Below are positions 36,017 through 45,463 of a stretch of DNA of 51,351 bases, in pieces (the first letter of the stretch is position 1; every line of letters starts with the position of its first letter). The notes under the pieces were generated by a model. That model saw nothing but the letters and a program-made list of their open reading frames with translations, had not been told where the DNA came from and made no database searches. The translations under genes were made by a program, and so were the position numbers. This DNA comes from a virus (Duplodnaviria > Caudoviricetes), in the IMG/VR virus record IMGVR_UViG_3300020409_000023, positions 1-51,351 of that record, one strand, 5' to 3'.

Positions 36017-37536
36017 AATAAACTATCATCAAAATTAGGTAAGTCATGTTCCTCGTCTTGAGCTACAAATTCATCTATATACCAAACGTTTACACCTTTG
36101 CCTTTAATATTAAAAAAGTATGGTTCTCCGTTTAATTGTTTTAATTTAGAAGTCAACCGATTACGTTGATATTCTTTAAAATTGTGTCTATGTAGATACT
36201 CCATTAAATCTGCTAACCTAAAATAAGTTTTGCCTTTATTAGTCCAAGGTTTATGTAATAGTAATTCATCACGTTCTCTAGCAGGTCGTTCGGTACAAAA
36301 AGACTCTAGTAGCTCCATGAAGTGTCCTTCGGTAGAAGATTCTTTAGGTACTTCAACCACAGTTAATGCGTCTAATAATTGTTGTATTATTTGTCTCCAA
36401 ACGTTTTCTTTTACCTTCGGCGGTATTTTATTTAACGCGTCCATACACTTACGTTGAAACCTATTTTGATTTAACAAATCATCTGTTTCTAATTCTAACC
36501 TGCCTCCTTCTACATCTAAAAACCATATCGGCGGGTCACTGTCTTGTTTAGTTAAATTACTAAACAAAGGCGTACCACCATTAGCCCCTATGCCGTGTTT
36601 TCTAGTTCTACAAAGAGGGCTATTACAATGACTCGCTATTGGCTGATCATTACACCGATAAAAATAATCCTTACGTTGTAATTGTTTACCTATCGTTAAT
36701 ACTTCTTGTGCTCCTAATGGCGGTTGCATATATTGCATATTTACATCTTCTAAACGTTTTTCCCAATCGTCAGGATATTTCTTACGTAAAAACACACCTA
36801 CGTTAAATAGTCCAGAGTTTCTTGTACCTTTAGGAAAACCCTGCACTACTAAGTGCTGTAGACAAGGCGGTGCTTGGTCTAACCAATCAACGTCTTCTGT
36901 TAAAGGCGTTGCTTCATAACTTTCTAAATCAGCTTTACTAAACGTAATTTTCTCAGCGTATGCTAAAAACTCCTCAGGAGTTAGAGCTTGACCTTTTTCA
37001 CCATAAGCGTATCTTGTAGAGTTTTCACCTCCGAAGTACGGCATATTTAAAGTGCTCCCTCTATCTCCACGTTCTAACAATAACTGTGTTTGTTTAGGAA
37101 ATATCTCTGCTTGTCCGAAACCGATAGAAGCTGCCAGTTGACGTAACTTACGTTGTAATAAACTAGCGGACACAGGTTCATCTATAAAAAGATAAATATG
37201 TGCCCCACCACTTTTACTACGACAAAGCACCAACGGTAATTTATGTTTAACTAATTTTTTAGCTAATCCTTTTAAATCTAATTGATATTCATCAACGTCT
37301 ATAGCACCCCAAACACAAGTATTGTTTTCGTCTATAGGTACAATCCCTACACTTTGTTTACCTGACAAATGACCTTCCCATAATTTTAGAAGATCATCGT
37401 CAGATAACTCTTTAGAGATAGTTACATTTTTTCCGTTTGCTTTACCGTCCTCTCGCAGATCATCAGTAGCTGTGAACGTCCCGTATGCTTGGCGTAGCCC
37501 CGCATATCGTATAGCAAATTCCTCTGCTAACGACAT
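36013..37536 (-). CDS. AEP-family primase with PriCT-like domain
   Basis: GAIDVD, RSKSGGAHIYLF, EIFPKQ, LNMPY; PPCL...GTRNSGLF; Cys cluster C..QPI.SHC...LC. Confidence 0.85.
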   Translation of the reverse strand: MSLAEEFAIRYAGLRQAYGTFTATDDLREDGKANGKNVTISKELSDDDLLKLWEGHLSGKQSVGIVPIDENNTCVWGAIDVDEYQLDLKGLAKKLVKHKLPLVLCRSKSGGAHIYLFIDEPVSASLLQRKLRQLAASIGFGQAEIFPKQTQLLLERGDRGSTLNMPYFGGENSTRYAYGEKGQALTPEEFLAYAEKITFSKADLESYEATPLTEDVDWLDQAPPCLQHLVVQGFPKGTRNSGLFNVGVFLRKKYPDDWEKRLEDVNMQYMQPPLGAQEVLTIGKQLQRKDYFYRCNDQPIASHCNSPLCRTRKHGIGANGGTPLFSNLTKQDSDPPIWFLDVEGGRLELETDDLLNQNRFQRKCMDALNKIPPKVKENVWRQIIQQLLDALTVVEVPKESSTEGHFMELLESFCTERPARERDELLLHKPWTNKGKTYFRLADLMEYLHRHNFKEYQRNRLTSKLKQLNGEPYFFNIKGKGVNVWYIDEFVAQDEEHDLPNFDDSLL

Positions 37537-37550
37537 AAAATATCTCCCGA

Positions 37551-38324
37551 TTAGATAGTTTCATTTAACGTAATATCTTCAGCTTGTTCTTGTTTTACTT
37601 GAACTTCACCTGACCTAGCCGCCGACATAAACTCTTTAGCGATTTTAGCTATATCTAAATCAGTAGCCGAAGTTTGATTTACACTATAACCGTGCCACGT
37701 ACCTTTATCGTTAGATTGGGTAGTAGAAGATAAGTTATAGGTATAAGCAAACATAGGAGCTTCTACAGACTCTCCTTTAGAGTTTTGTACTCTAGCCATA
37801 CGTAACATAGTAAGCCATTTTCTAGCCACTCCTAACTGAGTAGAAGTAAATGCTAATACTGCTTGTTGTGGAGTAGGGTCAGTAATCAATACAAAAAACT
37901 GTGCCGTTTCTACTATTTCGTTACCCTCAGGTGTGTAGTATCTTCTAGATTCTTCGTCACGTTTACACTTACTAAGTATAGACATATCGTGTCCAGCATT
38001 TACTAAGCCACCACCTTTTTCTCTAGGAATCCACTCGATAAACTTTTTATTATAGGCACAAGGCACAATACTTATACCTTTCTCACCATCGTAAGTTTCA
38101 CCAGTAACAGTATTATATAAATCTCCTGCACTAGCTCCTTCTACATAGTTACCGCTAGATTTTATTAACTGCGGGGACATGGGTTGCAATACGCGAATAA
38201 ACGGTATCGCAAAGTCTTCCGTAGTAGTTTCCTCTAGTCCTGTACCTCCCGATAATAAAGTATCATCGAAAGTTGTTATCGCTGTGTTTTGACTCTCAGC
38301 TATTTGAGTTTTTTCTTCTGGCAT
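37551..38324 (-). CDS. Putative ssDNA-binding/replication accessory protein
   Basis: DFAIPFIRVLQPMSPQ...GASAGDLYNTVT...NDKGTW; conserved position before primase. Confidence 0.6.
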   Translation of the reverse strand: MPEEKTQIAESQNTAITTFDDTLLSGGTGLEETTTEDFAIPFIRVLQPMSPQLIKSSGNYVEGASAGDLYNTVTGETYDGEKGISIVPCAYNKKFIEWIPREKGGGLVNAGHDMSILSKCKRDEESRRYYTPEGNEIVETAQFFVLITDPTPQQAVLAFTSTQLGVARKWLTMLRMARVQNSKGESVEAPMFAYTYNLSSTTQSNDKGTWHGYSVNQTSATDLDIAKIAKEFMSAARSGEVQVKQEQAEDITLNETI

Positions 38325-38325
38325 A

Positions 38326-38898
38326 TTAATCCTTTTTAATAGTTGCTTTAGTACCTATATAGATACCAAATGGTTCTGATGGAATGTCCTTCCCCGTAGT
38401 AAGTTGTTCTTTTACGAACGCTTTTAACGTACTAGGATGAACGCTTTGTTTTATTTGTGGGTCTAGTCCACGGGTTTTAAGAGCTTCTACGGTCTGATCA
38501 ACCGCTTCACTTTCTTCACGATTAAATTTAACTAAAACTTCGTTTTTAATTAAACCTTCGTGTCCGTTATCTATCAACCACCTATACGCTACCTCTTGAT
38601 TAGCTTTAGAAATATGAGCACTATAAAACTCTCCAACGGATATTTTTTCACCCGTGCTAAGAGTAATCTCATTTAGACCTGCTGCTGCCATAGCGTCAGG
38701 TAGCTCTTGTTCTGAAGTTAATCTAAGTTCTTCTTTTTTAGCTTTTACATCTAGTTCTAGCTGTTCTAGTTCTTTAGCTAGTTGTAGCTGTTTATTGGCT
38801 AAAACAGAAACGGTAGATAACTCGCTATCGGAAACTTCGTTATTCCATTCCTGGACGCCGTCTTCCCCAACAAGTTCTTCGAACGTAGGTTTAGTCAT
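38326..38898 (-). CDS. Conserved replication-module protein
   Basis: LPDAM...WLIDNGHEGLIKNEV...VHPSTLKAFVKE. Confidence 0.8.
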   Translation of the reverse strand: MTKPTFEELVGEDGVQEWNNEVSDSELSTVSVLANKQLQLAKELEQLELDVKAKKEELRLTSEQELPDAMAAAGLNEITLSTGEKISVGEFYSAHISKANQEVAYRWLIDNGHEGLIKNEVLVKFNREESEAVDQTVEALKTRGLDPQIKQSVHPSTLKAFVKEQLTTGKDIPSEPFGIYIGTKATIKKD

Positions 38899-39217
38899 CT
38901 AACTCTCCTTTCTGATGTAGGTCGATTTCAACAGGATAATAAATACCCTCTTGTCTATCCCATTTAAGAATATTAAATCTTCCTCGATTAAAATACGCAG
39001 CGATTGAACACGCCACACCTATTGCCGCAGGATCACCAATCAGAAGTAAATAATCTTCTGTTTTATAATCTTGTAAGATTTTTTTCATCCTACGTACCGA
39101 AGGAGAAGCACTTAACATGATTTGAGTATTAGAAGGTAATAGGACTTCGAAGTCGCCATACTGCCGAGCAGAGGCGATATTTCGTCCTGGAACTTCTTGA
39201 ACAACATATACTGTCAT
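38891..39217 (-). CDS. Conserved replication-module protein
   Basis: MTVYVVQE...ARQYGD...DYLLLIGDP...LKWDR; AGAAAGGAG RBS. Confidence 0.8.
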   Translation of the reverse strand: MTVYVVQEVPGRNIASARQYGDFEVLLPSNTQIMLSASPSVRRMKKILQDYKTEDYLLLIGDPAAIGVACSIAAYFNRGRFNILKWDRQEGIYYPVEIDLHQKGELDD

Positions 39218-39246
39218 GTTTCTCCTTTCTAATTTCTAGTAATTAA

Positions 39247-39278
39247 ATAATATATATCAGTAACGACAAAGTAAAGTT
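39247..39278 (-). promoter_or_regulatory. Promoter P9 heading the replication operon
   Basis: AAC-TTTACT-N17-TATTAT. Confidence 0.7.
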
Positions 39279-39282
39279 ATTA

Positions 39283-39505
39283 CGGATATTATGTTTTTAA
39301 AAATAAAAATTTACTAAACAAAATAATAAAAAGCTACTAATATCGTTAATAAACTAATATTGATTTTAAATTTTTACCGTTATAAAAGGATTCGTCAATA
39401 TTACTTTTACGTAAAAGTTATTAGAGGGCATGAGGAATCTATTAGTTTTGGATTATATTTTTTATAAATTGTAATATATAATCAAGTTTAGAAATTAGAA
39501 AGAAC
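39283..39505 (+). repeat. Non-coding element B (inverted homologue of element A)
   Basis: TGTTTTTAAAAATAAAA, CTACTAATATC, TAGAGGGCATGAGGAATCTATT and ATTGTAATA blocks in the same order as in reverse-complemented element A. Confidence 0.8.
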
Positions 39506-40948
39506 ATGCAATATAAATTTAAAACGGAGCCGTACGAGCACCAACTAGAAGCGTTAAAACGTTCTTGGAATAAAAAAGAATACGCGTATTTTATGGAAAT
39601 GGGTACGGGTAAATCGAAAGTATTAATCGATAATATTTCTATGCTTTATGATAAAGGCGGTATCAATGCCGCAGTTATCGTAGCTCCAAAAGGTGTGTAC
39701 CGTAATTGGTCAGAAAAAGAAATACCGACACACATGCCTGAACACGTGTTAAAACAAATAGCAGTATGGAACCCTGCTCCGACTAAAGCACAAAAGAAAA
39801 CTCTTACTGATTTATTTTTGCCTAGCGATGATTTAAAAATATTAATCGTAAACGTTGAAGCGTTTAGTACTAAAAAAGGTGTAACTTTTGTAGAAAAATT
39901 TATTTTAAATCATAACTGTTTAATCGCTGTAGATGAGTCTACTACTATAAAAAACCCTAAAGCTCAACGAACTAAAAATCTTTTAAAACTAGCCGTAAAT
40001 ACAAAGTACCGTAGAATCTTAACTGGTTTTCCTGTTACGCAATCACCATTAGATTTATATAGTCAAAGTGCTTTTTTATCAGACCATTTATTAGGGTATA
40101 CGTCTTTTTATTCTTTTCAAAATCGTTACGCTCAACTTATTAATAGAAATATGGGGGCTAGGACATTTAGACAAGTAGTCGGTTATCAAAACTTAGAAGA
40201 ACTAACTACTAAAGTAAATGGGTTTTCTTACAGAGTTTTGAAAAAAGAATGTTTAGATTTACCTGCTAAAGTTTACCAACGTAGGGAAGTAGAACTAACC
40301 CCTGAACAAAAGAAAGTTTATAAAGAATTAAAAGATTATGCGATAGCTGAACTAGAATCGAATGAACTTGTTAGCGTTACTTCTATTTTGACACAGATAT
40401 TAAGATTACATCAAGTAGTTTGTGGTTTCGTTAAACACGATCAAGGTGAAGAAGTAGAAATAAAAAATAATCGTTTAGACGCTCTTATTGACGTATTAGC
40501 AGAAACTCAAGGCAAAACTATTATTTGGGCTAACTATCAATACGACATTAAAAGAATATTAAAAACGTTACAAGAATTTGTAGGAACAGAAGCGGTGGCT
40601 ACTTACTACGGAGAAACACCTGATGAAGAACGTCAACAAATAATTAATCGTTTTCAAAACCCTGACTCTAAACTACAGTATTTAATTAGTAATGTACAAA
40701 CGGGCGGTTATGGTATTACTTTAACTGCTGCAAGTAATGTTATTTATTACAGCAACAACTATGATTTAGAAAAACGCTTACAATCTGAAGATCGTGCTCA
40801 TCGTATAGGACAAGAAAATAAAGTAACGTATATTGATTTAGTTGCTAAAGACACAGTTGACGAAAAAATCGTAAAAGCGTTACGTAATAAATTAAATCTT
40901 GCTCAAGAAGTTTTAGGTGATGAAAAATGGAAAGATTGGATTACTTAA
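39506..40948 (+). CDS. SNF2-family (SF2) helicase/ATPase
   Basis: EMGTGKS, VDEST, LTGFP, GGYGITLTAA, QSEDRAHRIGQ. Confidence 0.93.
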   Translation: MQYKFKTEPYEHQLEALKRSWNKKEYAYFMEMGTGKSKVLIDNISMLYDKGGINAAVIVAPKGVYRNWSEKEIPTHMPEHVLKQIAVWNPAPTKAQKKTLTDLFLPSDDLKILIVNVEAFSTKKGVTFVEKFILNHNCLIAVDESTTIKNPKAQRTKNLLKLAVNTKYRRILTGFPVTQSPLDLYSQSAFLSDHLLGYTSFYSFQNRYAQLINRNMGARTFRQVVGYQNLEELTTKVNGFSYRVLKKECLDLPAKVYQRREVELTPEQKKVYKELKDYAIAELESNELVSVTSILTQILRLHQVVCGFVKHDQGEEVEIKNNRLDALIDVLAETQGKTIIWANYQYDIKRILKTLQEFVGTEAVATYYGETPDEERQQIINRFQNPDSKLQYLISNVQTGGYGITLTAASNVIYYSNNYDLEKRLQSEDRAHRIGQENKVTYIDLVAKDTVDEKIVKALRNKLNLAQEVLGDEKWKDWIT

Positions 40949-41663
40949 AATACTGTTCGTAATAAGCGTCAGCCGATAAACCTAAAGTATCTAAGTCATT
41001 ATTAGACATTCTTCTACCTGCTTGAGTAAGAGCCTCATTAGATATTCTTCTACCTGCTTGAGTAAAAGCCTCTTTATCTTTATCAGATATAGCTCTACCG
41101 CTTTGAAATCTTTTACCGCCTTCAGGTGCTTTAATATTATCCATTATTATCTGACGTAATGTATCAGCATCCTTGTCTGATATTGCTCTACCCTCAGCCG
41201 CGTATAACGGTCCACCCATACTCTTATAGCCCATACGGTTTCGTACTTCTTCAGGGAGTTTGCCTAATCCTGGATTATCTTCGGGAACAGCTTTTAACTC
41301 ACCACCATCAGCTGCCATACGTGGTTCACGATCATCAGCTTGAGCTAACAACATATCAGCTTGAGCTAATACTGCACGAGCTGAAGCTATATCACCACCT
41401 GTTCTACCAACTACTGCCTGAGCTAAAGCTGTTGCATCACCTTCTATACTCATACCACCTTCCATAGGGTCCATACGGGGGGCACTCGCATCCATTCTAG
41501 GTTCAACCATAGGAGGAGGTCCACCTACAGGAGGTCCACTCATAGGAGGAGGTCCACTCATAGGAGGAGGTCCACCAGCAGCTACTGGAGGTCCTTGTAC
41601 AGGAGGTACATCAGTTCTAGTACCTGTCATCATCATATTAGTTAAATCTTCTATACCTGCCAT
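40941..41663 (-). CDS. Pro/Gly/Met-rich putative internal virion protein
   Basis: GPPPMS repeats, xxxGG motifs, NPGLGKLPEEVRNRMGY, GRxISD/N repeats; end of the ejection-protein operon. Confidence 0.7.
   Translation of the reverse strand: MAGIEDLTNMMMTGTRTDVPPVQGPPVAAGGPPPMSGPPPMSGPPVGGPPPMVEPRMDASAPRMDPMEGGMSIEGDATALAQAVVGRTGGDIASARAVLAQADMLLAQADDREPRMAADGGELKAVPEDNPGLGKLPEEVRNRMGYKSMGGPLYAAEGRAISDKDADTLRQIIMDNIKAPEGGKRFQSGRAISDKDKEAFTQAGRRISNEALTQAGRRMSNNDLDTLGLSADAYYEQYFK
41001..41072. repeat. 36-bp tandem duplication (EAxTQAGRRxSN)
   Basis: attaga(c/t)attcttctacctgcttgagtaa(g/a)agcctc twice. Confidence 0.85.
41508..41576. repeat. 15-18-bp tandem repeats encoding GPPPMS/GPPV
   Basis: ggaggtccac recurs four times. 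Confidence 0.8.
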
Positions 41664-41665
41664 TG

Positions 41666-42046
41666 TTATCTCCTGGGTCTAAAACCGTTTTGAAACATTT
41701 GTGTTGTCATTTTATCACCTTGTTCGCTCATCGGCAACTGCATAATACCTCTACGGTTAATTTGTCCACCATTAGCAAATCTTTTTTCTATACCTAAATT
41801 AGCTTGATCATCACCAAAATTATAAGTAAAAGTGCTTGTTACGTTGTTACCTAGATTTTTAGAAAATTCTAATTTGTTATCTAATAAACCTGCAATACCT
41901 TTTTCTATAGCACCAACCTCACGGTCTAGGTAATTAGCGATATCTGTTTCATATTGATCAGTAGCAGTAGTACGAGCAATATTCGCTTCTCGTCTAAGGT
42001 CTGTAACCGCTAAGGTATCAAATAATTTATTATAAAAGTCAGTCAT
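41666..42046 (-). CDS. Putative internal virion protein
   Basis: 126 aa with FANGG and GIxxL motifs; AGGAG RBS. Confidence 0.7.
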   Translation of the reverse strand: MTDFYNKLFDTLAVTDLRREANIARTTATDQYETDIANYLDREVGAIEKGIAGLLDNKLEFSKNLGNNVTSTFTYNFGDDQANLGIEKRFANGGQINRRGIMQLPMSEQGDKMTTQMFQNGFRPRR

Positions 42047-45000
42047 TTTCTCCTAAACCTACTTGGTCTAATATTAAATCTACAGAATTTCCTGAGTATT
42101 CTAAAGGTTTTATTCTGTTATATAGTTTAGTATCGGGATTATAATTTCTATAATCATTAGTTGCATCAAAAAAATTCAACGTGCCTATTGCCGTCATGTA
42201 TCGTAAATAACTTTGAATATTTAATCTTCTTTTTCTAGCTCTCATCGCTTTATCTAATTTATCAGGACTTAATAACAACTCACCTAAATAACGACCACTA
42301 TTTAATGTTGCCATATTTCTAACAGCGGTTACTCTCCTACCTCTTTGTGTTAGTGGTGGAAAAATTAATCTTTCTATAAAACCTGTTTGTGGTTCTAAAT
42401 CTTGTGCTTCTTTAATATCTCGAACTGCTGTCGTTCTCGTATTATAACGTTTATAAATTAAATCTAATTTTTCTAAGTTATCAACATATTTTGCACCATC
42501 AGAACCTATTAAAGGTGCCATAACGTCCTCGAAACTTAATCCTGTCGCCTTAGGTCCAAAACCCCCATATAAAATTTTATCTAATCTTTCAGGAACGAAA
42601 TAACTTCTACCGTCAGCTCCTCGTTCCATTACGTTGCTTAACAACCATGCTTTAGCAACCGAGGCACTTTTTGCTTGTAAAATAGGATTGTTTTCTAAAT
42701 AAGGTTTTAAAAAATTTAAACGTTCTACAAAAGCTCCCGTTTGTCTGTCAGCACTTGATGCATTTAAAATTCCTGTTATAATCTCACCGTATCCTGCATT
42801 AAGACTATTTTCTATTTCATTAATAGCTATTTGACCTTGTTCTACGTCAGCTATTATTTTTTCAAATTGTTTAAAATTATTTAATTTACCGTACGTTTCT
42901 TCTGGAAAAAATGCTTTTAAAGTTCCTTTATTATCGTTTATAAATTGTTTTGCTCGATTTACTCTTTCTATTGAAGACGGTGCTACTCCATTTTTAGGTT
43001 TGTTTATATAATCACGAAAAACTCCTAAAGCAGAGTTTTGTATATCAGTAAGTTCAGGAGCGTTAGTTTCTGTTAAAACCTTAACTAAAGTTTCTACTTT
43101 AGTGTTTTTAACATTACCTGCTTTATTATCAAATAAATTTAAAACGAATGCCTCAGGGTTTTTAGTTTTTTCGATATCTACTAAAACAGCTGCGTCATAT
43201 ATTGCATTTCTTTGATCGATCGCAGCTTGTGTTATATCAATACCATATTCATTTTGTTCCATCCATTGACCTAATTGTTTAGTGCTGGTTATTGGTATAC
43301 CTGACTCTAAACTAGCTCCTTCTAACAAAGTTAAATACATTTGTTCTTCTAAACCACGTTCTAAATTTCTTGCTGCATTAATACTCAGTTGATTATCTGT
43401 TTGCGAAGAAGCGTATTTATTTAATACTTCTCTTGCATCATTTAATTCTTTTAAAGTATATTCAGGTCTAACAAAACCACCTTCGCCTTTTACTCCTAAT
43501 CCTTGTAATTTTCTTAGGGTATTTGTTCCGTCATTGCCTAATAGTTGATATAAGTCTTCTTTAGCACTATTTGCATCAAAATCTTTTAAAATACCTTCTG
43601 CTTGTTTAGCGATATTAGCCCAAGCAGCAGCAGGTCCTCTAGTTTTCCCTGCTCCAGAAGTTAATTTTTCATAACGTGGGTCATTTATTGTTTGTAAAAA
43701 CTTTTCTCTATAAGGCGTAGTATAACTTGACCTAATTTCTCTTAACCTAAGTTGTTCTTTATTAAATAAGTCAGTACTAATTAAAGGGTCAGGAACATTT
43801 TTAAATAAGTTCAAACCACCTTCAGCAACATCACTCGCTCCCATATTTTTTAAAACTGCGTCTAAAGCATTAGCGGTAATTTTTTCTATACTGTCTAATT
43901 GGTCGTAAGCGTCAGCTTCGAATAGTTTTTCTAAACTATTACTTTGCATATTTGGATCGATATCTGCTCCTATGTTTTTGTTTAAACTATTTAAAAATCT
44001 ACGTTGTAACTGTTCATCACCTTGTAAAATTAAAGAATAAATTCTCCTAAGTTTAGGGTCTGCTGATTCTTTTAACATTAAAACTTCATATTCTGAAGCT
44101 ATTTTATCTAATGCCGCAGGACCTAAAGTCAAATTAGGTACGTCTTCTCCTCTATCGTATTGAGCTTTTGAATAATTACTTAAAATAAATCGTGTTCCTG
44201 GAAGCAATTTTTGTATCGCTTCGTCTAGTTCTTTAGTAGTTACTTCTTCACTAGCCGCTCCTATTTCATCCATAGGACTACGAATAAGTTTTCCTAAAGG
44301 TGTGGTTATTTCAAAAAGTTCTGAAGAAACAGGACCTCTAGGAGTATCTATTTTTACAGGCGTACCATCGCCTTTTAGACCTTGAGCACTTCTTTTAGCT
44401 TTTGCGATAGATTCTTGCAAATCTGTAAAAACACTATCAGGAATAACTCGACCTCTAAATAAATCTTTTAATAAAGGTAATCCTCTAGCAATAGCGTCTA
44501 AAGTACCAACACTTGCAGTAGAAAGAAGCCCTGACATTCCTGACTCAAGTGCCATCTCAGTCTGTGTTCTGTCGTGTGCCCCTATTTGTTTACCGTATTG
44601 TAAACGTAAATAATCACCAAAAGCCGCACCAAAACCATAAGTAGCTGCAGTTTTCCCCCATTCTAAAACTTTTTGCGTTCCTGATGGAAACTGAGTTGGG
44701 TTTTTAAATATTTGTCTGCCAGTACCTCTGCCACCAAATAACCTTACCGCTATTAACTCACCTAACATAGGTATACTTTCTGTCTGTAGAAAGTCAGGAA
44801 TATCACGCATAGGGGTGAATTGAGGTAAATCAAAAATTACATATTTATTATCATTAGCCCCCTCTTGTTTTATAGCTATACCTTTTTCAGGAGCATTAGG
44901 GAACGCCCACTCAGCATTACCCTTTTGTCCTGTTTTTTCGTAAATAGTATTTAGTGCAAATTTTAAATCTCTAGGGGTTTTATTACGTGGCATGTAATAA

Positions 45001-45461
45001 CTTAAATTTATTAAAGAATCCTGATCATAACCTCTAATGAATAAATTTCTATTAGGGTCTTTGTATTCTTCGTAACCAGAAAAACCTGCTTGTTGTAGTT
45101 CAGCTATAGCAGGATTTCTTTCGAACCCTAAAAATTCTTTAAAATCTTGAAAAGCACTGCCACCTGTTTCTGCAACATCTATTTTAGGGTCTACGGGAGG
45201 TCGATTGTATAAAGTATATCGTTCTTTTAAATTATTAAAATAGGCATCATGTGTTTCAGCAGTAGCTCCTTCATTGTATTTTCCAGGATTTGTTTTTATG
45301 TCTTGATGAATATCTGGAAAATATTTCATATACGTCATGTATCTTAAATCTGCGTCACTGAAATAATCTTTTAAAATTTTAGAGGAGTTTTGTTCAAACG
45401 TTGAGTTTGATAATTCGTTTAAACTTCTATCAAAATCTTCTTGAGTAAAGTTTGTTTGCAT
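42039..45461 (-). CDS. Large putative DNA-ejection/internal virion protein
   Basis: 1140 aa, helical, with Gly/Ala-rich hydrophobic segments; third of three consecutive large ORFs as in P22 gp7/gp20/gp16-type operons. Confidence 0.65.
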   Translation of the reverse strand: MQTNFTQEDFDRSLNELSNSTFEQNSSKILKDYFSDADLRYMTYMKYFPDIHQDIKTNPGKYNEGATAETHDAYFNNLKERYTLYNRPPVDPKIDVAETGGSAFQDFKEFLGFERNPAIAELQQAGFSGYEEYKDPNRNLFIRGYDQDSLINLSYYMPRNKTPRDLKFALNTIYEKTGQKGNAEWAFPNAPEKGIAIKQEGANDNKYVIFDLPQFTPMRDIPDFLQTESIPMLGELIAVRLFGGRGTGRQIFKNPTQFPSGTQKVLEWGKTAATYGFGAAFGDYLRLQYGKQIGAHDRTQTEMALESGMSGLLSTASVGTLDAIARGLPLLKDLFRGRVIPDSVFTDLQESIAKAKRSAQGLKGDGTPVKIDTPRGPVSSELFEITTPLGKLIRSPMDEIGAASEEVTTKELDEAIQKLLPGTRFILSNYSKAQYDRGEDVPNLTLGPAALDKIASEYEVLMLKESADPKLRRIYSLILQGDEQLQRRFLNSLNKNIGADIDPNMQSNSLEKLFEADAYDQLDSIEKITANALDAVLKNMGASDVAEGGLNLFKNVPDPLISTDLFNKEQLRLREIRSSYTTPYREKFLQTINDPRYEKLTSGAGKTRGPAAAWANIAKQAEGILKDFDANSAKEDLYQLLGNDGTNTLRKLQGLGVKGEGGFVRPEYTLKELNDAREVLNKYASSQTDNQLSINAARNLERGLEEQMYLTLLEGASLESGIPITSTKQLGQWMEQNEYGIDITQAAIDQRNAIYDAAVLVDIEKTKNPEAFVLNLFDNKAGNVKNTKVETLVKVLTETNAPELTDIQNSALGVFRDYINKPKNGVAPSSIERVNRAKQFINDNKGTLKAFFPEETYGKLNNFKQFEKIIADVEQGQIAINEIENSLNAGYGEIITGILNASSADRQTGAFVERLNFLKPYLENNPILQAKSASVAKAWLLSNVMERGADGRSYFVPERLDKILYGGFGPKATGLSFEDVMAPLIGSDGAKYVDNLEKLDLIYKRYNTRTTAVRDIKEAQDLEPQTGFIERLIFPPLTQRGRRVTAVRNMATLNSGRYLGELLLSPDKLDKAMRARKRRLNIQSYLRYMTAIGTLNFFDATNDYRNYNPDTKLYNRIKPLEYSGNSVDLILDQVGLGEND

Positions 45462-45463
45462 AA

